Below are positions 9,034 to 18,700 of a stretch of 38,445 nt of DNA, piece by piece; within the stretch, counting starts at the first letter, position 1, and every line of letters begins with the position of its first letter. Position numbers and translations under genes: made by a program. The notes beneath the pieces were generated by a model. That model searched no databases. It saw nothing but the letters and a program-made list of their open reading frames with translations, and was not told where the DNA came from. Source of the DNA: Candidatus Woesearchaeota archaeon (GTDB lineage Archaea > Nanobdellota > Nanobdellia > Woesearchaeales > UBA525); the NCBI GenBank assembly GCA_018221245.1, contig JAAOYH010000030.1:1-38445 (forward strand), given 5' to 3'.

Positions 9034-10093
9034 GGCGGTGCTTTAGGGTCAGTTTCTGTCCGTCGAACCTCGCAGAGGGCCCCCATACGCGGGAGAACTT
9101 GAACTTACTCGTGAAATCTTTGTGTAATTTTTCACAAACAGACTTTATGGAACAGTTCTTGAACATGACAAGAGGAATTTTCAGGTCGGCATCTTTTCCA
9201 GGCTCTTTAAGATAGATGTTCATGAGGTTCAGCTTCAGGTATATTAGTTCCCTTAGCTTTTCCACGTTTGTGCCTTCCTGACCACTGACGAGCATGTCGG
9301 GCTGCCACTTCTTCTCGAGATATTTTCTCCTCTTTGCAGTCACTAGGTCTGACTTGTTGAAGACTGTGATTGCGGGCATGTATTTTCTGTTTCCTTCTAT
9401 GATATCTATCAGCTGGTCAACATCGATGTTCTCTCTGATGATTATGTCACAGTTGTTGATTTTGAACTCTCTTAGAATATCCCTTACGGTGCGCTTATCT
9501 ATTTTCGTGAGTTTGCATGTCGTGAGCACCCTGATACCCCCGCTAGAATTCTTCGATATCCTCACGTCCGGGGATCGCTGGTTGAGCCTGATACCAACAT
9601 TGAACGCCTCTTTTTTCACGGTCTCTATATCTTTTGGCTTGAGACAATCTGAGATAATTAGACAGATGTCAGAGTTACGAATGCAAGCTAGGACCTCTTT
9701 TCCTCTTCCCCTTCCCGTGCTTGCCCCAGAGACTATTCCTGGAACGTCAAGAATCTGAATGCGGGCATGTTTGTACTTCAGAGTCCCCGGAATGACAGAT
9801 ACAGTTGTGAATGCGTATGAAGCAGTCTCTGATTCGGTCCCGCAGAGCGCATTCATGAGTGTGGATTTTCCAGTGCTAGGAAATCCTAAGAGTATGACTG
9901 TCCCATCCCCTGTTTTCCTGACCTGATAACCTTCTTTCGGTCCCGCAGATGCCTTGGATCTAGCAACAGCCTTATCGCGCAGCTTCGCTATCTTGGCTTT
10001 GATAAGACCTATATGGTGCTGGGTTGCCTTGTTGTACTGGGTCTTCTTAATCTCTGCCTCAAACTCTTGGATCTGAGCGTTGTAGTCAACCAT
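8996..10093 (-). CDS. drg: DRG/OBG-family GTP-binding protein with a TGS domain
   Basis: TQYNKATQHHIGLIKAKIAKLR, GFPSTGKST, YAFTT, DVPG, GRGRG, NKSD, HRLKDGDILEI. Confidence 0.95.
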   Translation of the reverse strand: MVDYNAQIQEFEAEIKKTQYNKATQHHIGLIKAKIAKLRDKAVARSKASAGPKEGYQVRKTGDGTVILLGFPSTGKSTLMNALCGTESETASYAFTTVSVIPGTLKYKHARIQILDVPGIVSGASTGRGRGKEVLACIRNSDICLIISDCLKPKDIETVKKEAFNVGIRLNQRSPDVRISKNSSGGIRVLTTCKLTKIDKRTVRDILREFKINNCDIIIRENIDVDQLIDIIEGNRKYMPAITVFNKSDLVTAKRRKYLEKKWQPDMLVSGQEGTNVEKLRELIYLKLNLMNIYLKEPGKDADLKIPLVMFKNCSIKSVCEKLHKDFTSKFKFSRVWGPSARFDGQKLTLKHRLKDGDILEIHLK

Positions 10094-10183
10094 TTGCTGT
10101 TGTGTCTCTCCGGTGCTTTTTTAAGGTTACCCTCATAGAATCCTTTATATATGCGTGGTTCGAGTGGTTGAGAGAGGTGGGTC

Positions 10184-10717
10184 GTGACGAGAAAAGGCAG
10201 CTATTTCTTCGTGATTGACGCGTTCATAGCAGGCATTATAATCCTGGGGGCGGTCGTCATGATGTTCTCAGACTTCAACGCTCGCCCAGAAAGAACTGCA
10301 GCATTCTATTCCGCCGAGGACCTTTTCGCTGTCATGGAAGGTACAGAGATCAGAAACTACGGTGATACTCAGGTTAGGGACTGGATAAATGAGGGTGTGA
10401 TAAACGATTCTAGACGGACTATCCTGGAACAGATAGTTGAGTTCAACCAGACTGACAGTGCAGATATGCAACTCAGAGCGATATACCTTGCAGATAGCGT
10501 TCTTGATGGGGTGCCGAATACGGTAGGTGCAGAGATAGCGATATTAGGGGATGGTGGCGAGATTATCTTAGCAAAACAGAACCCTAGGGCTGCACAGAAT
10601 AAAGATAGTTACTTTGTGGCCAAACGTATTGTCGTGCTTAAAAGCAAACCTCCTACGTATGATACTCAGCCCACCCTATACGCTCCTGTTGTGGTGGAGG
10701 TAAGGACTTGGCAATAG
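10184..10717 (+). CDS. Pilin-like protein with a class III-type signal peptide
   Basis: N-terminus RKG|SYFFVIDAFIAGIIILGAVVM; GAGGTG RBS; TTTATATA at about 10144. Confidence 0.65.
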   Translation: MTRKGSYFFVIDAFIAGIIILGAVVMMFSDFNARPERTAAFYSAEDLFAVMEGTEIRNYGDTQVRDWINEGVINDSRRTILEQIVEFNQTDSADMQLRAIYLADSVLDGVPNTVGAEIAILGDGGEIILAKQNPRAAQNKDSYFVAKRIVVLKSKPPTYDTQPTLYAPVVVEVRTWQ

Positions 10718-11901
10718 GTAGGAAGGCGGTAGTGTTCACTCTTATGGCCATCCTTATCGTGGCATTCCTCTTCAGTTCTCAGAGAGTGGCCCGTGGCGTA
10801 ACTTCCGAGAGCGAACTGCTATCCTCCGCTGCTGAGACCCGTGTCGGACTAGTGGACAGTTATATCAACGCACTAGACCAGGCGGCATCCAGTGCGCTGG
10901 GCACCACAGCATATTTTGTGATGCAGAATATCAGCACGAACAAGATACGCCACGACGGGTTCTACTCGACAACAAACAACCTAAATATGGCATTACAGAA
11001 CTGCATAGGTCCAAAGAACGAAATAATTATCTCAGGCATAAGATATGATTGCGTCCCGAAAAATTATACTGTAAACCAAACTATGACAATGATGGAACAG
11101 ATATCCTGGAACTTCTTTGGCTTCCAGACAGATGTGAAGATTAATGAGGTCTGGTGGGAAGAGAGAAATCCTGCAGAGGTCGACTTTTACCTAAACCTGA
11201 CTTACGAAATTATGGACCCTGATTTCAACACGTTCTTCACGCTGAACTCTACTGTTCGCTCCACAGTTGTCTTCGAAGGAATTAACGATCCGTTGTATGA
11301 GTATATGAGCTCGTCAGGAGTATTACCTGGTCCTGGCAGGGATGTGACTACAGAAAGAAGACCCTTTAGATTCCAAGGGATAAGATACCAACTGAATGCC
11401 ACAACCTTTGACAAGACTGGCATCGACCCGAACTGGAGACCGGGAATATACATGAACCGATCATATGTTCTCAATCAGGGGCGGGCTCCTAGCGTGATGC
11501 AACGCTTCACAGGTGGAGCAGACACTAGTGACTGCTGTGGGATATCGAGCGTGATGAACGTATCCCAAATTAAAAACTCTGCGACAGGGATGATTCCAGC
11601 CTACATGAATTATAGCATGATTGATCATCACTTCGTGAACCACGTAAGGGGGATTAGGGCCGAGCATCCTTGCAGATCCGAAAAGGAACCGTCTAACTTT
11701 GACGACTTTGTCAAGACATACTGGACAGTAGATGAGGATCTCGACTGGGGGCCTGGTGAGCTACTCGTAATCTTCTGGTGGGAGTATGATAACCTGTTCA
11801 ATCTTCATGAAAATGATGGCGAAGCAACCTCGGGACCCTCTTATGAAAATAGGCTGTCAAATTATGATTCCTGTGAAGCTTGGAGTGGTTTCGGATACTA
11901 A
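10708..11901 (+). CDS. Large pilin-like/surface protein with a class III-type signal peptide
   Basis: N-terminus RKA|VVFTLMAILIVAFL; TTG start after GGAGG; Cys-containing extracellular domain. Confidence 0.65.
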   Translation: MAIGRKAVVFTLMAILIVAFLFSSQRVARGVTSESELLSSAAETRVGLVDSYINALDQAASSALGTTAYFVMQNISTNKIRHDGFYSTTNNLNMALQNCIGPKNEIIISGIRYDCVPKNYTVNQTMTMMEQISWNFFGFQTDVKINEVWWEERNPAEVDFYLNLTYEIMDPDFNTFFTLNSTVRSTVVFEGINDPLYEYMSSSGVLPGPGRDVTTERRPFRFQGIRYQLNATTFDKTGIDPNWRPGIYMNRSYVLNQGRAPSVMQRFTGGADTSDCCGISSVMNVSQIKNSATGMIPAYMNYSMIDHHFVNHVRGIRAEHPCRSEKEPSNFDDFVKTYWTVDEDLDWGPGELLVIFWWEYDNLFNLHENDGEATSGPSYENRLSNYDSCEAWSGFGY

Positions 11902-11977
11902 TCGTCGAGAACTCCTCGACACCACTCTCTAATAATGAAGAAGCTTTATATACGCTCATCGTCGAGGTTTCCTCGAT
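11901..11977 (+). promoter_or_regulatory. Promoter (TATA TTTATATA 11945-11952) flanked by two TCGAG-N5-CTCGA palindromes (putative operators)
   Basis: ATCGTCGAGAACTCCTCGAC (11901-11920) and ATCGTCGAGGTTTCCTCGAT (11958-11977) are 16/20 identical and each is palindromic. Confidence 0.55.
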
Positions 11978-12437
11978 GGATGATGATGTCATCAGGACGG
12001 GTGTAGATGACCTGCTAGACTACCTGAGAGATAAAGAAAAGGTGGCCATGCAAGACGCGGCCACGGTCTTGGGTATCAGCCATCACACCCTTCAGGCGTG
12101 GGTAGACTTCCTAGTGGAAGAGAAAATAATCGGTATCGAGTACAAGTTCACGAAACCGTACATCTACCTGAACAAGGATGACCCTAAGCTCTCGCACAAG
12201 GGCAAAATCCTCGAAGGGGTGCCAATGAACCCCAAGGAAATAAAGAAAGAGTACTTCGATCGTGCGACGGCGAAGAAGATACCTGAGCAGAAGATTACTC
12301 AGCTTTGGCAAACACACATATTGGACGCACTCAACAGCAAACGCGAATATTTCATCGAGCAAGCGACGAAGCGAGGCGCGCAAGACCCAGTGTCGCTCTG
12401 GGAGGATTACAGAATGAACCTGCTTGCCAGGTTCTGA
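11976..12437 (+). CDS. Protein with an N-terminal winged helix-turn-helix-like domain
   Basis: TGVDDLLDYLRDKEKVAMQDAATVLGISHHTLQAWVDFLVEEKIIGIEY; start set at ATG 11976, 31 nt from the start of the TATA box. Confidence 0.7.
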   Translation: MDDDVIRTGVDDLLDYLRDKEKVAMQDAATVLGISHHTLQAWVDFLVEEKIIGIEYKFTKPYIYLNKDDPKLSHKGKILEGVPMNPKEIKKEYFDRATAKKIPEQKITQLWQTHILDALNSKREYFIEQATKRGAQDPVSLWEDYRMNLLARF

Positions 12438-12445
12438 GGTGGGAG

Positions 12446-13369
12446 ATGGAGATAGAGGAGTTCATCGAGCAGGACATCATGAACTTTCTAGATACTAGTC
12501 TGGACAAAGCCAGCACAGCCAAGGCTGCGCATGCTGCGGTCAGGTTCCAATCAATCTATTTGACTCGTGATTTTGAGGAGGAACTCCTGGCAGCGTTAGA
12601 TGACGGCAACCTGATACATGCTAAGAGAGTTCTGCACGACCTAAGAAAGAAATTCGATGAGATTCCTGACGGTACCGAGGACAAACAGCAGGTGAAAGCA
12701 CTGCTGTCAGACCTATACGAGAGGTTCCGTGACTTCGTCGACCAACGGTACGGAGACGGTGCTAAAGAACAGAAAAAACCAGAACCTAAAGAAGAAAAAC
12801 CTGAAGAGAAACCTGAAGAAGAGAAGCCGGAAAAGAAACTGGAACCTCCTCCTGCGCCATTGCCTCCAAAGAAAGAAGAGCCAGACGAATATCTCCTTGC
12901 CACCGAGAAGCACTTGTCTTTGGCAGAGCATCAGTTTAACTCAGGGGATCTGAAGAACGCAGTTCATGAGTATAGAACTGCGAAGTGGGCAGCCCTCCAT
13001 CTGGAGCCGACAGTGCCATCTGATTTAGTGATGAGATTTACAAAACTCTTCAACAGAATCAAGTCGAATATAACTGAGATGGCTAATGAGGAAAAACTCC
13101 CCTCACCACCTGTGCCCGAGCCGCACGACATGATACACCCGGATGTCTTGGACAACTCGCTTCTTTTACATCTCGAACAGGAAAAACAATCGCTAGACAA
13201 CCAGCTCCGAGATAACAATTACGAGGACGCGAATGCAACCTATGAAAAGATGCGTCAACTCGCACAACAGCTTCATGACTCTCATGTCGCGGAAGATACG
13301 GCCAAGAAACTAATCAGAATTCATGAAATTATATCCTCTATGCAGGAGAACAACAAAAAGGTGCCATGA
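12446..13369 (+). CDS. Helical-repeat protein with E/K/P-rich linkers, in the pilus operon
   Basis: ATG 12446 after GAGGTGGG; three helical-hairpin blocks separated by Pro-rich linkers; overlaps the ATPase start (ATGA). Confidence 0.7.
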   Translation: MEIEEFIEQDIMNFLDTSLDKASTAKAAHAAVRFQSIYLTRDFEEELLAALDDGNLIHAKRVLHDLRKKFDEIPDGTEDKQQVKALLSDLYERFRDFVDQRYGDGAKEQKKPEPKEEKPEEKPEEEKPEKKLEPPPAPLPPKKEEPDEYLLATEKHLSLAEHQFNSGDLKNAVHEYRTAKWAALHLEPTVPSDLVMRFTKLFNRIKSNITEMANEEKLPSPPVPEPHDMIHPDVLDNSLLLHLEQEKQSLDNQLRDNNYEDANATYEKMRQLAQQLHDSHVAEDTAKKLIRIHEIISSMQENNKKVP

Positions 13370-14889
13370 TGGTGAATCGACAAGCAACCGAGACATTCAA
13401 GACGAGCGCAACAGAGCTGCTCGCTACGCCCGCGGGCAAAGAGAGAGAGCTTTTGGATAAGTACTCGCTCGAGACCAACAACATTGTTATTGATATCAAG
13501 ATTGTGGCGATAGAGGAGGAACCAGTCCCCATATATGAGATCTCTATTGCGAACATCTCACCCACAACAAGAGTAATTCTAGAGAAGATTCGCCAAGAAT
13601 TCGTGAGCAAAATGAGCATCGAGGATCTTCAGAGTTTCGAGAAAGTGGACAACATCTCACTCATCAAGAAAGAGTTCAGGAAAGAGATCCGCATACTAAT
13701 CAACAAGTACTTCCCTAACACAGATGAGAAGACAATCAACATGCTGATTAACTATCTTCTCGAGGAGAACTTAGGGCTAGGCAAGATAGATATTCTGCTC
13801 TCTGATCCTCGGTTGGAAGAGATTATCATAAACAATCACAAGGAGCCAGTGTGGGTATACCACCGAAAATTCGGGTGGCTGAAGACCAACGTTGTCATCC
13901 CTACAGAAGCCAGGATAAGGCACTTTGCCACCATCATCGGCCGTGACATCGGGAAAGAGATCACTAACCTCAGCCCATTGATGGACGCCCACTTGATGTC
14001 TGGAGATCGTGTGAATGCTACTCTGATGCCTATCAGTACGATGGGAAATACAATCACCATCAGAAAGTTCGCTGAAGATCCTTGGACTATCACGAAGTTC
14101 ATAAATGAAGGGACGATATCTTATGAGGCGGCCGCAATAATATGGCTTGCTATCCAGAACGAACTATCTGTTCTCATCACAGGAGGAACGGGTAGCGGAA
14201 AGACATCTACTCTGAACGCAGTGAGTAATTTTTTCCCTCCCAATCAGAGGATGATTAGTATAGAGGACACGCGCGAGCTTACGTTACCTAACAACCTGCA
14301 CTGGGTGCCCATGGAGACAAGGCTTGCGAACCCTGAAGGAAGGGGAGGAATCTCAATGCTTGACTTGCTGGTGAACAGCCTACGTATGCGTCCGGACAGA
14401 ATCCTTGTGGGAGAGGTCAGACGAAAAGAAGAGGCTGAGATCCTCCTGGAAGCTATGCACACAGGCCACTCAGTGTATGCTACACTGCACGCGAACAATG
14501 CGGAGGAAACAATTACCAGGCTCACCAACCCTCCGATCGATATCCCGAAAGCGATGATTGCAAGCATATCTATTATCATGGTCCAGAACCGTAACAGGCG
14601 AACGGGAAAGCGTAGGACATTCCAGATAGCGGAGGTCACTCCTACTGGAGACGCGCGCGTGATTATGAGATATGATCCTAAGAAGGATATCATCGAGACC
14701 ATAGCAGAGTCAAAGTACATGTTCGACAGGATTACCCTGTACACAGGGTTCAGCAGGAAAGATATAGAGTTCGACCTGAAGCAAAAGGTCACAATTCTCA
14801 AGTGGATGGTTAGGAAGAACATAACTAATGTAGATGACTTAGGGGTGAAGTTCGCGAAGTACTACTTGGGAAGCCTGCAGTTGGACTGA
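13366..14889 (+). CDS. Type IV pilus/archaellum-family assembly ATPase (TadA/CpaF/ArlI-like)
   Basis: Walker A GGTGSGKTS, SIEDTREL, LRMRPDRILVGEVR, AMHTGH..YATLHA. Confidence 0.95.
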   Translation: MMVNRQATETFKTSATELLATPAGKERELLDKYSLETNNIVIDIKIVAIEEEPVPIYEISIANISPTTRVILEKIRQEFVSKMSIEDLQSFEKVDNISLIKKEFRKEIRILINKYFPNTDEKTINMLINYLLEENLGLGKIDILLSDPRLEEIIINNHKEPVWVYHRKFGWLKTNVVIPTEARIRHFATIIGRDIGKEITNLSPLMDAHLMSGDRVNATLMPISTMGNTITIRKFAEDPWTITKFINEGTISYEAAAIIWLAIQNELSVLITGGTGSGKTSTLNAVSNFFPPNQRMISIEDTRELTLPNNLHWVPMETRLANPEGRGGISMLDLLVNSLRMRPDRILVGEVRRKEEAEILLEAMHTGHSVYATLHANNAEETITRLTNPPIDIPKAMIASISIIMVQNRNRRTGKRRTFQIAEVTPTGDARVIMRYDPKKDIIETIAESKYMFDRITLYTGFSRKDIEFDLKQKVTILKWMVRKNITNVDDLGVKFAKYYLGSLQLD

Positions 14890-14893
14890 TAGA

Positions 14894-15703
14894 ATGGAAT
14901 TTTTCAATAGAATGGCTAAGAAGTACCCTGAATTAAAGCGCAAGCTCTATGTCGCAGGAATAAACAAGACGCCTAAGCAGTTCGTGGCGCAGAACTTCAA
15001 GAGCTCAGTAATGCTTACATTAATACTAACTATAGGTATAGGAATGTTCGCCATAGGATTTGGGATGAACATTTACATGGTCCCCTTGCTCTATTTCATT
15101 TTCTTCTTTCCGGTCTTCTCTCTCCTTATGAGGGTGGTGGATGTGGAGATAGCTAAGTTTGCGAAAGAGATAGATCGTGACGTGCTCTTCGCTGGAAGAT
15201 TCTTACTTATCAAATTGAACTCAGGCAGGCCGTTGATAAACGCAATAGTGGACGCGAGCAACTCATATGGTGTGGCTAGCAAGTACTTCAGAGAGATGGT
15301 AAAAGATATCGAGCTGGGAACACCACTAGAAGATGCATTGCAGAAAGCATCAAGGTATTGCCCGAGCAAGAAGATGCAACGCATCCTATTTCAGATAAGC
15401 AATGCTCTCAGCATAGGTGTAGACGTGACTGACTATCTTGAGGCTATCCTAGATGAGATCGCAGCAGATCAACTGTTGGAAATCCAAAAGTACGGCAGAA
15501 AACTCTCAGGAATAACAATGTTTTACATGCTCTTCGCAGTCATAGTGCCCAGTCTAGGAATAACGATGGGGATAACTGTTGCCTCTCTTGTGAGCATTCA
15601 GGTGTCGTTCGGACTCTTCCTTGTGGTGCTGTTCTTCCTCACACTAATAGAATTAGGATTCATAACAATTTTCAGACAAATAAGACCGAACGTGAACATA
15701 TAA
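14894..15703 (+). CDS. Type II secretion system F-family membrane platform protein (TadB/C-like)
   Basis: SGRPLINAI, VKDIELGTPLEDAL, TM segments; follows the ATPase. Confidence 0.88.
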   Translation: MEFFNRMAKKYPELKRKLYVAGINKTPKQFVAQNFKSSVMLTLILTIGIGMFAIGFGMNIYMVPLLYFIFFFPVFSLLMRVVDVEIAKFAKEIDRDVLFAGRFLLIKLNSGRPLINAIVDASNSYGVASKYFREMVKDIELGTPLEDALQKASRYCPSKKMQRILFQISNALSIGVDVTDYLEAILDEIAADQLLEIQKYGRKLSGITMFYMLFAVIVPSLGITMGITVASLVSIQVSFGLFLVVLFFLTLIELGFITIFRQIRPNVNI

Positions 15704-15704
15704 C

Positions 15705-16751
15705 ATGGCAGAAAACTTCCTACTTGTAGTTGGCAGGGCGATGATCCCTAAGCGTCTCAGGCCAGACTTGAGAGTGCACCTGATGAAAGCAGGATATTCT
15801 GAGGTGCCGTACAATCTTTTCGGTCTTCTCTTCTTCATTGCGGCAGCAATCTCATACATACTGTTCATGGGCTTCACCTACCCTTGGGTAAGGGAAAAGG
15901 CCACATCAGAGGGCGTCACAGCCACGTTGCAGTTCGGGTTCATTAGCTTCGTCTCATTCACAGTGATAATCTCTGCGATGCTGTTTCTCTTTGCAGTCAT
16001 CACGTATTTCTATTGGAACATCAAGATCTATCACAGGACCAAGGATCTTGAGGTGATACTTCCTGACTACTTAACGCTCGTGAGCACCAATCTGAAAGGA
16101 GGAATGAGTTTTGAGAACTCATTATGGAATGCAATCAAGCCAGAGTTTGGGATATTGGCTAATGAAATTGCACTTGTTAGCAAACGTGTCATGACTGGGA
16201 ATGATGTACAGGACGCGCTTACGGAGTTCGCGATGAAATATGAGAGTCCCACTCTCAGGAGAACCATTCAACTCTTGATCGGCGAGATAGAGGCGGGAGG
16301 TCAGATCGTGGACACTATAGACAGGGTCATCTCTGACATGAAAAAGACCCAGGCCCTGAAGCGCGAGATGGCGGCGAGCACAATAACTTACATGATATTT
16401 ATCGGCATGCTAGTCATATTCATTTGTCCTGTCCTGTTCGCGCTGAGTCTGCAGCTGTTCACCATCACGTCCGGATTCATAGCAAGTATGGGAGAATCGC
16501 TCACCTCTGGTCCTGGAGGAATGTCATTCACTTCTGGAGGCGTGGACATAGATGATTTCAAGGTTTTCAGTATCTTGGCTATAGGAATTATTGGCACTTT
16601 CAGCAGCTTGATTATTGCAATAATAGAGAAAGGCGAGATAAAAGCAGGAATCAAGTATATTCCTATGTTCCTCGTCAGCAGCCTGACGATATACCTTATA
16701 GCGGCTGCACTATTCAACACTGTGTTCGGAGGGATACAGTTCGGAGGTTAG
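15705..16751 (+). CDS. Type II secretion system F-family membrane platform protein (TadC/ArlJ-like)
   Basis: LPDYLTLVSTNLKGGMSFENSL, EFGILANEI, multiple TM segments. Confidence 0.9.
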   Translation: MAENFLLVVGRAMIPKRLRPDLRVHLMKAGYSEVPYNLFGLLFFIAAAISYILFMGFTYPWVREKATSEGVTATLQFGFISFVSFTVIISAMLFLFAVITYFYWNIKIYHRTKDLEVILPDYLTLVSTNLKGGMSFENSLWNAIKPEFGILANEIALVSKRVMTGNDVQDALTEFAMKYESPTLRRTIQLLIGEIEAGGQIVDTIDRVISDMKKTQALKREMAASTITYMIFIGMLVIFICPVLFALSLQLFTITSGFIASMGESLTSGPGGMSFTSGGVDIDDFKVFSILAIGIIGTFSSLIIAIIEKGEIKAGIKYIPMFLVSSLTIYLIAAALFNTVFGGIQFGG

Positions 16752-16797
16752 AAATATTTATAAAACGCTCCTCGGGAGAAACGTATGAGGTGGTCAT

Positions 16798-17022
16798 GTG
16801 GAAAGATTAGATATCGTACACCATAAGTTCATTGGCCTCTTACTGGCGCTTATAGTGCTGGTGATTGGTATCTTGTTCGGAGTTAGGATAAACGGAGATG
16901 CAGGTGTGACTGGTCTCTATACTTTGACGTTCGGGCTTGTCTTCCTTGTTGTTGTGCTACAGTTCGTGATGTTCACGCAACTCGTCCACATCAGGGATGA
17001 TATTAGGAGGAAGAAAAAATGA
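16798..17022 (+). CDS. Small two-TM membrane protein
   Basis: GAGGTG RBS, GTG start, two hydrophobic helices, overlaps the first pilin start; TTTATAAA upstream. Confidence 0.6.
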   Translation: MERLDIVHHKFIGLLLALIVLVIGILFGVRINGDAGVTGLYTLTFGLVFLVVVLQFVMFTQLVHIRDDIRRKKK

Positions 17023-17537
17023 AACGCGCACAAGCAGCATTAGAATTTATCACGACGTACGGCTGGGCAATAATGATTGTTCTCGTAATGATCGGAGCGC
17101 TCAGCTATTTCGGAGTCACTAACCCTAAAGAGTACCTTCCAGAGAAATGCATCTTCAAGACTGGGTTCAATTGTCTGGACTTTGCAGGTAAAATAACGCC
17201 TCTTGCAGCAAATAAGGAACTCACTATGGTGTTTACTTTGAAGAATGGTCTGGGAAAAGGTATTATAATTGCTGATCAGACTCTTGAAATGACTGTCGAA
17301 GGAACCCTGGTAATGTGTTATGAGGCATCTGCAGCAGATGCGTTCCAACCTTCGGCAAACGATGGCCCATTTACAATACCTGCCGACACAAGTATGAAAT
17401 TTGTTTGCGATTTTCCTACAATCCTCACTTTTGAAGGAGATTCAAAGAAAGGCAAGGTGGATTTTGACTACACTGAATCTGGTGGCTTCTATCCAAAGAT
17501 AGCATCAGGTGAGCTTTCAGTCTCGGTACTACCTTAA
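17019..17537 (+). CDS. Type IV pilin-like protein 1 (class III signal peptide)
   Basis: MKRA|QAALEFITTYGWAIMIVLVMIGALSYFG with E at +5; conserved Cys pair. Confidence 0.9.
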   Translation: MKRAQAALEFITTYGWAIMIVLVMIGALSYFGVTNPKEYLPEKCIFKTGFNCLDFAGKITPLAANKELTMVFTLKNGLGKGIIIADQTLEMTVEGTLVMCYEASAADAFQPSANDGPFTIPADTSMKFVCDFPTILTFEGDSKKGKVDFDYTESGGFYPKIASGELSVSVLP

Positions 17538-18062
17538 ATGAGACGCGGACAGGCAGCACTGGAGTTCCTGACCACCTATGGTTGGGCTATGCTAATCATC
17601 CTCACGATGATTGGTGCGCTCAGCTATTTCGGGATAGTTAACCCCCAGAAGCTGCTGCCATCCCGCTGTCTTGTGACAACCGACTTCAGTTGCAGGGATT
17701 ACATACTGGACAGCCATGATAACACTGCGAAAATTGCTCTCTCTCAGGGTACGGGAAAGACAATCTGGGTCACAGATCTGAAATGTAATCATGATGGTGT
17801 TGATTCAGATATAGAGGTTGCAAATGTACCTGTAGGATGTGATCCGATAATACCGGGATGCCAGACAATATTGCCTTCGGCCCCTCAGGTTGGATGGTCT
17901 CCCCGACAGAAAGTAGAGTTTCAATGTGTATTTAATAGTGGATCATTGAGTGCGGTCCAAGGACAGAAGACTAAGGTGGAATACACGATAACATACACCT
18001 TGCAGCCAGATAGCCCATTCGAACACATCGTTCAGGGAGAGATATACTCGGAGGTACAATGA
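17538..18062 (+). CDS. Type IV pilin-like protein 2 (class III signal peptide)
   Basis: MRRG|QAALEFLTTYGWAMLIIL; C-terminus GEIYSEVQ. Confidence 0.9.
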   Translation: MRRGQAALEFLTTYGWAMLIILTMIGALSYFGIVNPQKLLPSRCLVTTDFSCRDYILDSHDNTAKIALSQGTGKTIWVTDLKCNHDGVDSDIEVANVPVGCDPIIPGCQTILPSAPQVGWSPRQKVEFQCVFNSGSLSAVQGQKTKVEYTITYTLQPDSPFEHIVQGEIYSEVQ

Positions 18063-18574
18063 GGAGAGGACAAGCAGCATTGGAATACCTAGTCACGTAT
18101 GGCTGGGCGATGCTCGCGATATTGGTAGTGTTAGGCGCGTTAGCATACTTTGGCCTCCTCAGCCCAAGCCGTTATCTCCCGAGCAGATGTGATTTCGGAG
18201 TCCAGATGAGGTGCGCAGACTTCATACTCGAGGATGGTGCAGGGAACGACTATGTTCAGATAATGTTCAGGAACAACTTCGGTGATGACATTAACATTAC
18301 AGCCATCGAAACAAGTGCGGGTGATGGACTAATTGTGAATTATGACCTTAATGGGAATGCTGCCTATGATGATGGGTGGGTATTAGCCGATACCGTAAAT
18401 ATCAGCAAGGGTGTCACTTCACCAGCCATGGATGTTGAGTTCACTGATGGCATGCTGTTTGAAGGAGAGCGTCAATCGGTAGTACTTAATATAAAGTTCA
18501 GGAGAGACAAAGAAAACTCCCAAGAGCACACTATTTCAGGAGAGATATATGCACAAGTGGCTAAAAGACCATAG
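18059..18574 (+). CDS. Type IV pilin-like protein 3 (class III signal peptide)
   Basis: MRRG|QAALEYLVTYGWAMLAIL; C-terminus GEIYAQVAKRP. Confidence 0.9.
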   Translation: MRRGQAALEYLVTYGWAMLAILVVLGALAYFGLLSPSRYLPSRCDFGVQMRCADFILEDGAGNDYVQIMFRNNFGDDINITAIETSAGDGLIVNYDLNGNAAYDDGWVLADTVNISKGVTSPAMDVEFTDGMLFEGERQSVVLNIKFRRDKENSQEHTISGEIYAQVAKRP

Positions 18575-18639
18575 AGGTTAATTTTTCTTAATCACACATG
18601 ATATTATGAGAGATATATGCACAGGTGGCTCAAAGATAG
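18540..18639 (+). repeat. 29-nt direct repeat: pilin-3 3' end and an orphan intergenic copy
   Basis: GAGAGATATATGCACAAGTGGCTAAAAGA (18540-18568) vs GAGAGATATATGCACAGGTGGCTCAAAGA (18608-18636), 27/29 identical; the copy reads EIYAQVAQR then TAG. Confidence 0.85.
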
Positions 18640-18700
18640 CCAAAAACTATTTAAATGAACTGGGGGTCTCCCAAACTATTCTGTTTCCAAGAGAGGTAAT

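Noticed and set aside
14896-14905. GGAATTTTTC resembling the cassette arm
   Set aside because: It simply encodes M-E-F-F of the platform protein; no core follows.
13366-18574. Archaellum or conjugation system
   Set aside because: No ArlH/F/G, archaellin signature, VirB4 or relaxase in the window.
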